From assembly GCA_964057225.1 (NCBI GenBank), contig CAXKVF010000093.1, positions 78,780 to 142,779 on the forward strand: a stretch of 64,000 bases of DNA. Direction: 5' to 3'. The notes beneath the pieces are model-generated. The model was not told where the DNA came from. It saw only the letters and a program-made list of their open reading frames with translations, and searched no databases. Source of the DNA: Auanema rhodensis (taxonomy: Eukaryota; Animalia; Nematoda). The position numbers and the translations under genes were made by a program. Shown in pieces: positions 29,001 to 43,200 of this stretch. Numbering within the stretch: the first letter of the stretch is position 1; each line of letters begins with the position of its first letter.

Positions 29001-29749
29001 GAAAACCGCATCTCTTTATCTTTCACGTGAAGCGAGTTACATACCAAGTGCACATCACGTGTACATTTAATTAGCATAAATTAAAGTTCACGTAAATTTC
29101 AAAGTCATGGTTACCATGCACCAATATCAATAAAAATTTGTTTTTAGACTAATATGGACATGGGGAATCTAATTTTGAAAACCGCATCTCTTTATCTTTC
29201 ACGTGAAGCGAGTTACATACCAAGTGCACATCACGTGTACATTTAATTAGCATAAATTAAAGTTCACGTAAATTTCAAAGTCATGGTTACCATGAACCAA
29301 TATCAATAAAAATTTGTTTTTAGACTAATATGGACATGGGGAATCTAATTTTGAAAACCGCATCTCTTTATCTTTCACGTGAAGCGAGTTACATACCAAG
29401 TGCACATCACGTGTACATTTAATTAGCATAAATTAAAGTTCACGTAAATTTCAAAGTCATGGTTACCATGCACCAATATCAATAAAAATTTGTTTTTAGA
29501 CTAATATGGACATGGGGAATCTAATTTTGAAAACCGCATCTCTTTATCTTTCACGTGAAGCGAGTTACATACCAAGTGCACATCACGTGTACATTTAATT
29601 AGCATAAATTAAAGTTCACGTAAATTTCAAAGTCATGGTTACCATGCACCAATATCAATAAAAATTTGTTTTTAGACTAATATGGACATGGGGAATCTAA
29701 TTTTGAAAACCGCATCTCTTTATCTTTCACGTGAAGCGAGTTACATACC

Positions 29750-32700
29750 AAGTGCACATCACGTGTACATTTAATTAGCATAAATTAAAGTTCACGTAAA
29801 TTTCAAAGTCATGGTTACCATGCACCAATATCAATAAAAATTTGTTTTTAGACTAATATGGACATGGGGAATCTAATTTTGAAAACCGCATCTCTTCATC
29901 TTTCACGTGAAGCGAGTTACATACCAAGTGAAGCGAGTTACATACCAAGTGCACATCACGTGTACATTTAATTAGCATAAATTAAAGTTCACGTAAATTT
30001 CAAAGTCATGGTTACCATGCACCAATATCAATAAAAATTTGTTTTTAGACTAATATGGACATGGGGAATCTAATTTTGAAAACCGCATCTCTTTATCTTT
30101 CACGTGAAGCGAGTTACATACCAAGTGCACATCACGTGTACATTTAATTAGCATAAATTAAAGTTCACGTAAATTTCAAAGTCATGGTTACCATGAACCA
30201 ATATCAATAAAAATTTGTTTTTAGACTAATATGGACATGGGGAATCTAATTTTGAAAACCGCATCTCTTTATCTTTCACGTGAAGCGAGTTACATACCAA
30301 GTGCACATCACGTGTACATTTAATTAGCATTAATTAAAGTTCACGTAAATTTCAAAGTCATGGTTACCATGAACCAATATCAATAAAAATTTGTTTTTAG
30401 ACTAATATGGACATGGGGAATCTAATTTTGAAAACCGCATCTCTTTATCTTTCACGTGAAGCGAGTTACATACCAAGTGCACATCACGTGTACATTTAAT
30501 TAGCATAAATTAAAGTTCACGTAAATTTCAAAGTCATGGTTACCATGAACCAATATCAATAAAAATTTGTTTTTAGACTAATATGGACATGGGGAATCTA
30601 ATTTTGAAAACCGCATCTCTTTATCTTTCACGTGAAGCGAGTTACATACCAAGTGCACATCACGTGTACATTTAATTAGCATAAATTAAAGTTCACGTAA
30701 ATTTCAAAGTCATGGTTACCATGCACCAATATCAATAAAAATTTGTTTTTAGACTAATATGGACATGGGGAATCTAATTTTGAAAACCGCATCTCTTTAT
30801 CTTTCACGTGAAGCGAGTTACATACCAAGTGCACATCACGTGTACATTTAATTAGCATAAATTAAAGTTCACGTAAATTTCAAAGTCATGGTTACCATGC
30901 ACCAATATCAATAAAAATTTGTTTTTAGACTAATATGGACATGGGGAATCTAATTTTGAAAACCGCATCTCTTTATCTTTCACGTGAAGCGAGTTACATA
31001 CCAAGTGCACATCACGTGTACATTTAATTAGCATAAATTAAAGTTCACGTAAATTTCAAAGTCATGGTTACCATGCACCAATATCAATAAAAATTTGTTT
31101 TTAGACTAATATGGACATGGGGAATCTAATTTTGAAAACCGCATCTCTTCATCTTTCACGTGAAGCGAGTTACATACCAAGTGAAGCGAGTTACATACCA
31201 AGTGCACATCACGTGTACATTTAATTAGCATAAATTAAAGTTCACGTAAATTTCAAAGTCATGGTTACCATGCACCAATATCAATAAAAATTTGTTTTTA
31301 GACTAATATGGACATGGGGAATCTAATTTTGAAAACCGCATCTCTTTATCTTTCACGTGAAGCGAGTTACATACCAAGTGCACATCACGTGTACATTTAA
31401 TTAGCATAAATTAAAGTTCACGTAAATTTCAAAGTCATGGTTACCATGAACCAATATCAATAAAAATTTGTTTTTAGACTAATATGGACATGGGGAATCT
31501 AATTTTGAAAACCGCATCTCTTTATCTTTCACGTGAAGCGAGTTACATACCAAGTGCACATCACGTGTACATTTAATTAGCATTAATTAAAGTTCACGTA
31601 AATTTCAAAGTCATGGTTACCATGAACCAATATCAATAAAAATTTGTTTTTAGACTAATATGGACATGGGGAATCTAATTTTGAAAACCGCATCTCTTTA
31701 TCTTTCACGTGAAGCGAGTTACATACCAAGTGCACATCACGTGTACATTTAATTAGCATAAATTAAAGTTCACGTAAATTTCAAAGTCATGGTTACCATG
31801 AACCAATATCAATAAAAATTTGTTTTTAGACTAATATGGACATGGGGAATCTAATTTTGAAAACCGCATCTCTTTATCTTTCACGTGAAGCGAGTTACAT
31901 ACCAAGTGCACATCACGTGTACATTTAATTAGCATAAATTAAAGTTCACGTAAATTTCAAAGTCATGGTTACCATGCACCAATATCAATAAAAATTTGTT
32001 TTTAGACTAATATGGACATGGGGAATCTAATTTTGAAAACCGCATCTCTTTATCTTTCACGTGAAGCGAGTTACATACCAAGTGCACATCACGTGTACAT
32101 TTAATTAGCATAAATTAAAGTTCACGTAAATTTCAAAGTCATGGTTACCATGCACCAATATCAATAAAAATTTGTTTTTAGACTAATATGGACATGGGGA
32201 ATCTAATTTTGAAAACCGCATCTCTTCATCTTTCACGTGAAGCGAGTTACATACCAAGTGAAGCGAGTTACATACCAAGTGCACATCACGTGTACATTTA
32301 ATTAGCATAAATTAAAGTTCACGTAAATTTCAAAGTCATGGTTACCATGCACCAATATCAATAAAAATTTGTTTTTAGACTAATATGGACATGGGGAATC
32401 TAATTTTGAAAACCGCATCTCTTTATCTTTCACGTGAAGCGAGTTACATACCAAGTGCACATCACGTGTACATTTAATTAGCATAAATTAAAGTTCACGT
32501 AAATTTCAAAGTCATGGTTACCATGAACCAATATCAATAAAAATTTGTTTTTAGACTAATATGGACATGGGGAATCTAATTTTGAAAACCGCATCTCTTT
32601 ATCTTTCACGTGAAGCGAGTTACATACCAAGTGCACATCACGTGTACATTCAATTAGCATTAATTAAAGTTCACGTAAATTTCAAAGTCATGGTTACCAT

Positions 32701-35700
32701 GAACCAATATCAATAAAAATTTGTTTTTAGACTAATATGGACATGGGGAATCTAATTTTGAAAACCGCATCTCTTTATCTTTCACGTGAAGCGAGTTACA
32801 TACCAAGTGCACATCACGTGTACATTTAATTAGCATAAATTAAAGTTCACGTAAATTTCAAAGTCATGGTTACCATGAACCAATATCAATAAAAATTTGT
32901 TTTTAGACTAATATGGACATGGGGAATCTAATTTTGAAAACCGCATCTCTTTATCTTTCACGTGAAGCGAGTTACATACCAAGTGCACATCACGTGTACA
33001 TTTAATTAGCATAAATTAAAGTTCACGTAAATTTCAAAGTCATGGTTACCATGCACCAATATCAATAAAAATTTGTTTTTAGACTAATATGGACATGGGG
33101 AATCTAATTTTGAAAACCGCATCTCTTTATCTTTCACGTGAAGCGAGTTACATACCAAGTGCACATCACGTGTACATTTAATTAGCATAAATTAAAGTTC
33201 ACGTAAATTTCAAAGTCATGGTTACCATGCACCAATATCAATAAAAATTTGTTTTTAGACTAATATGGACATGGGGAATCTAATTTTGAAAACCGCATCT
33301 CTTTATCTTTCACGTGAAGCGAGTTACATACCAAGTGCACATCACGTGTACATTTAATTAGCATAAATTGAAGTTCACGTAAATTTCAAAGTCATGGTTA
33401 CCATGCACCAATATCAATAAAAATTTGTTTTTAGACTAATATGGACATGGGGAATCTAATTTTGAAAACCGCATCTCTTTATCTTTCACGTGAAGCGAGT
33501 TACATACCAAGTGCACATCACGTGTACATTTAATTAGCATAAATTAAAGTTCACGTAAATTTCAAAGTCATGGTTACCATGCACCAATATCAATAAAAAT
33601 TTGTTTTTAGACTAATATGGACATGGGGAATCTAATTTTGAAAACCGCATCTCTTCATCTTTCACGTGAAGCGAGTTACATACCAAGTGAAGCGAGTTAC
33701 ATACCAAGTGCACATCACGTGTACATTTAATTAGCATAAATTAAAGTTCACGTAAATTTCAAAGTCATGGTTACCATGCACCAATATCAATAAAAATTTG
33801 TTTTTAGACTAATATGGACATGGGGAATCTAATTTTGAAAACCGCATCTCTTTATCTTTCACGTGAAGCGAGTTACATACCAAGTGCACATCACGTGTAC
33901 ATTTAATTAGCATAAATTAAAGTTCACGTAAATTTCAAAGTCATGGTTACCATGAACCAATATCAATAAAAATTTGTTTTTAGACTAATATGGACATGGG
34001 GAATCTAATTTTGAAAACCGCATCTCTTTATCTTTCACGTGAAGCGAGTTACATACCAAGTGCACATCACGTGTACATTTAATTAGCATAAATTAAAGTT
34101 CACGTAAATTTCAAAGTCATGGTTACCATGCACCAATATCAATAAAAATTTGTTTTTAGACTAATATGGACATGGGGAATCTAATTTTGAAAACCGCATC
34201 TCTTTATCTTTCACGTGAAGCGAGTTACATACCAAGTGCACATCACGTGTACATTTAATTAGCATAAATTAAAGTTCACGTAAATTTCAAAGTCATGGTT
34301 ACCATGCACCAATATCAATAAAAATTTGTTTTTAGACTAATATGGACATGGGGAATCTAATTTTGAAAACCGCATCTCTTTATCTTTCACGTGAAGCGAG
34401 TTACATACCAAGTGCACATCACGTGTACATTTAATTAGCATAAATTAAAGTTCACGTAAATTTCAAAGTCATGGTTACCATGCACCAATATCAATAAAAA
34501 TTTGTTTTTAGACTAATATGGACATGGGGAATCTAATTTTGAAAACCGCATCTCTTCATCTTTCACGTGAAGCGAGTTACATACCAAGTGAAGCGAGTTA
34601 CATACCAAGTGCACATCACGTGTACATTTAATTAGCATAAATTAAAGTTCACGTAAATTTCAAAGTCATGGTTACCATGCACCAATATCAATAAAAATTT
34701 GTTTTTAGACTAATATGGACATGGGGAATCTAATTTTGAAAACCGCATCTCTTTATCTTTCACGTGAAGCGAGTTACATACCAAGTGCACATCACGTGTA
34801 CATTTAATTAGCATAAATTAAAGTTCACGTAAATTTCAAAGTCATGGTTACCATGAACCAATATCAATAAAAATTTGTTTTTAGACTAATATGGACATGG
34901 GGAATCTAATTTTGAAAACCGCATCTCTTTATCTTTCACGTGAAGCGAGTTACATACCAAGTGCACATCACGTGTACATTTAATTAGCATTAATTAAAGT
35001 TCACGTAAATTTCAAAGTCATGGTTACCATGAACCAATATCAATAAAAATTTGTTTTTAGACTAATATGGACATGGGGAATCTAATTTTGAAAACCGCAT
35101 CTCTTTATCTTTCACGTGAAGCGAGTTACATACCAAGTGCACATCACGTGTACATTTAATTAGCATAAATTAAAGTTCACGTAAATTTCAAAGTCATGGT
35201 TACCATGAACCAATATCAATAAAAATTTGTTTTTAGACTAATATGGACATGGGGAATCTAATTTTGAAAACCGCATCTCTTTATCTTTCACGTGAAGCGA
35301 GTTACATACCAAGTGCACATCACGTGTACATTTAATTAGCATAAATTAAAGTTCACGTAAATTTCAAAGTCATGGTTACCATGCACCAATATCAATAAAA
35401 ATTTGTTTTTAGACTAATATGGACATGGGGAATCTAATTTTGAAAACCGCATCTCTTTATCTTTCACGTGAAGCGAGTTACATACCAAGTGCACATCACG
35501 TGTACATTTAATTAGCATAAATTAAAGTTCACGTAAATTTCAAAGTCATGGTTACCATGCACCAATATCAATAAAAATTTGTTTTTAGACTAATATGGAC
35601 ATGGGGAATCTAATTTTGAAAACCGCATCTCTTCATCTTTCACGTGAAGCGAGTTACATACCAAGTGAAGCGAGTTACATACCAAGTGCACATCACGTGT

Positions 35701-37290
35701 ACATTTAATTAGCATAAATTAAAGTTCACGTAAATTTCAAAGTCATGGTTACCATGCACCAATATCAATAAAAATTTGTTTTTAGACTAATATGGACATG
35801 GGGAATCTAATTTTGAAAACCGCATCTCTTTATCTTTCACGTGAAGCGAGTTACATACCAAGTGCACATCACGTGTACATTTAATTAGCATAAATTAAAG
35901 TTCACGTAAATTTCAAAGTCATGGTTACCATGCACCAATATCAATAAAAATTTGTTTTTAGACTAATATGGACATGGGGAATCTAATTTTGAAAACCGCA
36001 TCTCTTTATCTTTCACGTGAAGCGAGTTACATACCAAGTGCACATCACGTGTACATTTAATTAGCATAAATTAAAGTTCACGTAAATTTCAAAGTCATGG
36101 TTACCATGAACCAATATCAATAAAAATTTGTTTTTAGACTAATATGGACATGGGGAATCTAATTTTGAAAACCGCATCTCTTTATCTTTCACGTGAAGCG
36201 AGTTACATACCAAGTGCACATCACGTGTACATTTAATTAGCATAAATTAAAGTTCACGTAAATTTCAAAGTCATGGTTACCATGAACCAATATCAATAAA
36301 AATTTGTTTTTAGACTAATATGGACATGGGGAATCTAATTTTGAAAACCGCATCTCTTTATCTTTCACGTGAAGCGAGTTACATACCAAGTGCACATCAC
36401 GTGTACATTTAATTAGCATAAATTAAAGTTCACGTAAATTTCAAAGTCATGGTTACCATGCACCAATATCAATAAAAATTTGTTTTTAGACTAATATGGA
36501 CATGGGGAATCTAATTTTGAAAACCGCATCTCTTTATCTTTCACGTGAAGCGAGTTACATACCAAGTGCACATCACGTGTACATTTAATTAGCATAAATT
36601 AAAGTTCACGTAAATTTCAAAGTCATGGTTACCATGCACCAATATCAATAAAAATTTGTTTTTAGACTAATATGGACATGGGGAATCTAATTTTGAAAAC
36701 CGCATCTCTTTATCTTTCACGTGAAGCGAGTTACATACCAAGTGCACATCACGTGTACATTTAATTAGCATAAATTGAAGTTCACGTAAATTTCAAAGTC
36801 ATGGTTACCATGCACCAATATCAATAAAAATTTGTTTTTAGACTAATATGGACATGGGGAATCTAATTTTGAAAACCGCATCTCTTTATCTTTCACGTGA
36901 AGCGAGTTACATACCAAGTGCACATCACGTGTACATTTAATTAGCATAAATTAAAGTTCACGTAAATTTCAAAGTCATGGTTACCATGCACCAATATCAA
37001 TAAAAATTTGTTTTTAGACTAATATGGACATGGGGAATCTAATTTTGAAAACCGCATCTCTTCATCTTTCACGTGAAGCGAGTTACATACCAAGTGAAGC
37101 GAGTTACATACCAAGTGCACATCACGTGTACATTTAATTAGCATAAATTAAAGTTCACGTAAATTTCAAAGTCATGGTTACCATGCACCAATATCAATAA
37201 AAATTTGTTTTTAGACTAATATGGACATGGGGAATCTAATTTTGAAAACCGCATCTCTTTATCTTTCACGTGAAGCGAGTTACATACCAA
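29750..37290 (+). repeat. Irregular higher-order-repeat domain: 5-8-monomer units punctuated by the 197-bp monomer
   Basis: 197-mer junction spacings are 1253, 1077, 1429, 901, 1077, 1429, i.e. 7, 6, 8, 5, 6, 8 monomers. Rare A38G occurs at 33370 and 36777 (offset 3407). Confidence 0.8.
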
Positions 37291-40200
37291 GTGCACATCA
37301 CGTGTACATTTAATTAGCATAAATTAAAGTTCACGTAAATTTCAAAGTCATGGTTACCATGAACCAATATCAATAAAAATTTGTTTTTAGACTAATATGG
37401 ACATGGGGAATCTAATTTTGAAAACCGCATCTCTTTATCTTTCACGTGAAGCGAGTTACATACCAAGTGCACATCACGTGTACATTTAATTAGCATTAAT
37501 TAAAGTTCACGTAAATTTCAAAGTCATGGTTACCATGAACCAATATCAATAAAAATTTGTTTTTAGACTAATATGGACATGGGGAATCTAATTTTGAAAA
37601 CCGCATCTCTTTATCTTTCACGTGAAGCGAGTTACATACCAAGTGCACATCACGTGTACATTTAATTAGCATAAATTAAAGTTCACGTAAATTTCAAAGT
37701 CATGGTTACCATGAACCAATATCAATAAAAATTTGTTTTTAGACTAATATGGACATGGGGAATCTAATTTTGAAAACCGCATCTCTTTATCTTTCACGTG
37801 AAGCGAGTTACATACCAAGTGCACATTACGTGTACATTTAATTAGCATAAATTAAAGTTCACGTAAATTTCAAAGTCATGGTTACCATGCACCAATATCA
37901 ATAAAAATTTGTTTTTAGACTAATATGGACATGGGGAATCTAATTTTGAAAACCGCATCTCTTTATCTTTCACGTGAAGCGAGTTACATACTAAGTGCAC
38001 ATCACGTGTACATTTAATTAGCATAAATTAAAGTTCACGTAAATTTCAAAGTCATGGTTACCATGCACCAATATCAATAAAAATTTGTTTTTAGACTAAT
38101 ATGGACATGGGGAATCTAATTTTGAAAACCGCATCTCTTTATCTTTCACGTGAAGCGAGTTACATACCAAGTGCACATCACGTGTACATTTAATTAGCAT
38201 AAATTAAAGTTCACGTAAATTTCAAAGTCATGGTTACCATGAACCAATATCAATAAAAATTTGTTTTTAGACTAATATGGACATGGGGAATCTATTATTG
38301 AAAACCGCATCTCTTTATCTTTCACGTGAAGCGAGTTACATACCAAGTGCACATCACGTGTACATTTAATTAGCATAAATTAAAGTTCACGTAACTTTCA
38401 AAGTCATGGTTACCATGCACCAATATCAATAAAAATTTGTTTTTAGACTAATATGGACATGGGGAATCTAATTTTGAAAACCGCATCTCTTTATCTTTCA
38501 CGTGAAGCGAGTTACATACCAAGTGCACATCACGTGTACATTTAATTAGCATAAATTAAAGTTCACGTAAATTTCAAAGTCATGGTTACCATGCACCAAT
38601 ATCAATAAAAATTTGTTTTTAGACTAATATGGACATGGGGAATCTAATTTTGAAAACCGCATCTCTTTATCTTTCACGTGAAGCGAGTTACATACCAAGT
38701 GCACATCACGTGTACATTTAATTAGCATAAATTAAAGTTCACGTAAATTTCAAAGTCATGGTTACCATGAACCAATATCAATAAAAATTTGTTTTTAGAC
38801 TAATATGGACATGGGGAATCTAATTTTGAAAACCGCATCTCTTTATCTTTCACGTGAAGCGAGTTACATACCAAGTGCACATCACGTGTACATTTAATTA
38901 GCATAAATTAAAGTTCACGTAAATTTCAAAGTCATGGTTACCATGCACCAATATCAATAAAAATTTGTTTTTAGACTAATATGGACATGGGGAATCTAAT
39001 TTTGAAAACCGCATCTCTTTATCTTTCACGTGAAGCGAGTTACATACCAAGTGCACATCACGTGTACATTTAATTAGCATAAATTAAAGTTCACGTAAAT
39101 TTCAAAGTCATGGTTACCATGCACCAATATCAATAAAAATTTGTTTTTAGACTAATATGGACATGGGGAATCTAATTTTGAAAACCGCATCTCTTTATCT
39201 TACACGTGAAGCGAGTTACATACCAAGTGCACATCACGTGTACATTTAATTAGCATAAATTAAAGTTCACGTAAATTTCAAAGTCATGGTTACCATGCAC
39301 CAATATCAATAAAAATTTGTTTTTAGACTAATATGGACATGGGGAATCTAATTTTGAAAACCGCATCTCTTTATCTTTCACGTGAAGCGAGTTACATACC
39401 AAGTGCACATCACGTGTACATTTAATTAGCATAAATTAAAGTTCACGTAAATTTCAAAGTCATGGTTACCATGCACCAATATCAATAAAAATTTGTTTTT
39501 AGACTAATATGGACATGGGGAATCTAATTTTGAAAACCGCATCTCTTCATCTTTCACGTGAAGCGAGTTACATACCAAGTGAAGCGAGTTACATACCAAG
39601 TGCACATCACGTGTACATTTAATTAGCATAAATTAAAGTTCACGTAAATTTCAAAGTCATGGTTACCATGCACCAATATCAATAAAAATTTGTTTTTAGA
39701 CTAATATGGACATGGGGAATCTAATTTTGAAAACCGCATCTCTTTATCTTTCACGTGAAGCGAGTTACATACCAAGTGCACATCACGTGTACATTTAATT
39801 AGCATAAATTAAAGTTCACGTAAATTTCAAAGTCATGGTTACCATGAACCAATATCAATAAAAATTTGTTTTTAGACTAATATGGACATGGGGAATCTAA
39901 TTTTGAAAACCGCATCTCTTTATCTTTCACGTGAAGCGAGTTACATACCAAGTGCACATCACGTGTACATTTAATTAGCATAAATTAAAGTTCACGTAAA
40001 TTTCAAAGTCATGGTTACCATGCACCAATATCAATAAAAATTTGTTTTTAGACTAATATGGACATGGGGAATCTAATTTTGAAAACCGCATCTCTTTATC
40101 TTTCACGTGAAGCGAGTTACATACCAAGTGCACATCACGTGTACATTTAATTAGCATAAATTAAAGTTCACGTAAATTTCAAAGTCATGGTTACCATGCA

Positions 40201-43200
40201 CCAATATCAATAAAAATTTGTTTTTAGACTAATATGGACATGGGGAATCTAATTTTGAAAACCGCATCTCTTCATCTTTCACGTGAAGCGAGTTACATAC
40301 CAAGTGAAGCGAGTTACATACCAAGTGCACATCACGTGTACATTTAATTAGCATAAATTAAAGTTCACGTAAATTTCAAAGTCATGGTTACCATGAACCA
40401 ATATCAATAAAAATTTGTTTTTAGACTAATATGGACATGGGGAATCTAATTTTGAAAACCGCATCTCTTTATCTTTCACGTGAAGCGAGTTACATACCAA
40501 GTGCACATCACGTGTACATTTAATTAGCATAAATTAAAGTTCACGTAACTTTCAAAGTCATGGTTACCATGCACCAATATCAATAAAAATTTGTTTTTAG
40601 ACTAATATGGACATGGGGAATCTAATTTTGAAAACCGCATCTCTTTATCATTCACGTGAAGCGAGTTACATACCAAGTGCACATCACGTGTACATTTAAT
40701 TAGCATAAATTAAAGTTCACGTAAATTTCAAAGTCATGGTTACCATGCACCAATATCAATAAAAATTTGTTTTTAGACTAATATGGACATGGGGAATCTA
40801 ATTTTGAAAACCGCATCTCTTTATCTTTCACGTGAAGCGAGTTACATACCAAGTGCACATCACGTGTACATTTAATTAGCATAAATTAAAGTTCACGTAA
40901 ATTTGAAAGTCATGGTTACCATGAACCAATATCAATAAAAATTTGTTTTTAGACTAATATGGACATGGGGAATCTAATTTTGAAAACCGCATCTCTTTAT
41001 CTTTCACGTGAAGCGAGTTACATACCAAGTGCACATCACGTGTACATTTAATTAGCATAAATTAAAGTTCACGTAAATTTCAAAGTCATGGTTACCATGA
41101 ACCAATATCAATAAAAATTTGTTTTTAGACTAATATGGACATGGGGAATCTAATTTTGAAAACCGCATCTCTTTATCTTTCACGTGAAGCGAGTTACATA
41201 CCAAGTGCACATCACGTGTACATTTAATTAGCATAAATTAAAGTTCACGTAAATTTCAAAGTCATGGTTACCATGCACCAATATCAATAAAAATTTGTTT
41301 TTAAACTAATATGGACATGGGGAATCTAATTTTGAAAACCGCATCTCTTTATCTTTCACGTGAAGCGAGTTACATACCAAGTGCACATCACGTGTACATT
41401 TAATTAGCATAAATTAAAGTTCACGTAAATTTCAAAGTCATGGTTACCATGCACCAATATCAATAAAAATTTGTTTTTAGACTAATATGGACATGGGGAA
41501 TCTAATTTTGAAAACCGCATCTCTTTATCTTTCACGTGAAGCGAGTTACATACCAAGTGCACATCACGTGTACATTTAATTAGCATAAATTAAAGTTCAC
41601 GTAAATTTCAAAGTCATGGTTACCATGAACCAATATCAATAAAAATTTGTTTTTAGACTAATATGGACATGGGGAATCTAATTTTGAAAACCGCATCTCT
41701 TTATCTTTCACGTGAAGCGAGTTACATACTAAGTGCACATCACGTGTACATTTAATTAGCATAAATTAAAGTTCACGTAAATTTCAAAGTCATGGTTACC
41801 ATGAACCAATATCAATAAAAATTTGTTTTTAGACTAATATGGACATGGGGAATCTAATTTTGAAAACCGCATCTCTTTATCTTTCACGTGAAGCGAGTTA
41901 CATACCAAGTGCACATCACGTGTACATTTAATTAGCATAAATTAAAGTTCACGTAAATTTCAAAGTCATGGTTACCATGAACCAATATCAATAAAAATTT
42001 GTTTTTAGACTAATATGGACATGGGGAATCTAATTTTGAAAACCGCATCTCTTTATCTTTCACGTGAAGCGAGTTACATACCAAGTGCACATCACGTGTA
42101 CATTTAATTAGCATAAATTAAAGTTCACGTAAATTTCAAAGTCATGGTTACCATGCACCAATATCAATAAAAATTTGTTTTTAGACTAATATGGACATGG
42201 GGAATCTAATTTTGAAAACCGCATCTCTTTATCTTTCACGTGAAGCGAGTTACATACCAAGTGCACATCACGTGTACATTTAATTAGCATAAATTAAAGT
42301 TCACGTAAATTTCAAAGTCATGGTTACCATGCACCAATATCAATAAAAATTTGTTTTTAGACTAATATGGACATGGGGAATCTAATTTTGAAAACCGCAT
42401 CTCTTTATCTTACACGTGAAGCGAGTTACATACCAAGTGCACATCACGTGTACATTTAATTAGCATAAATTAAAGTTCACGTAAATTTCAAAGTCATGGT
42501 TACCATGCACCAATATCAATAAAAATTTGTTTTTAGACTAATATGGACATGGGGAATCTAATTTTGAAAACCGCATCTCTTTATCTTTCACGTGAAGCGA
42601 GTTACATACCAAGTGCACATCACGTGTACATTTAATTAGCATAAATTAAAGTTCACGTAAATTTCAAAGTCATGGTTACCATGCACCAATATCAATAAAA
42701 ATTTGTTTTTAGACTAATATGGACATGGGGAATCTAATTTTGAAAACCGCATCTCTTCATCTTTCACGTGAAGCGAGTTACATACCAAGTGAAGCGAGTT
42801 ACATACCAAGTGCACATCACGTGTACATTTAATTAGCATAAATTAAAGTTCACGTAAATTTCAAAGTCATGGTTACCATGCACCAATATCAATAAAAATT
42901 TGTTTTTAGACTAATATGGACATGGGGAATCTAATTTTGAAAACCGCATCTCTTTATCTTTCACGTGAAGCGAGTTACATACCAAGTGCACATCACGTGT
43001 ACATTTAATTAGCATAAATTAAAGTTCACGTAAATTTCAAAGTCATGGTTACCATGAACCAATATCAATAAAAATTTGTTTTTAGACTAATATGGACATG
43101 GGGAATCTAATTTTGAAAACCGCATCTCTTTATCTTTCACGTGAAGCGAGTTACATACCAAGTGCACATCACGTGTACATTTAATTAGCATAAATTAAAG

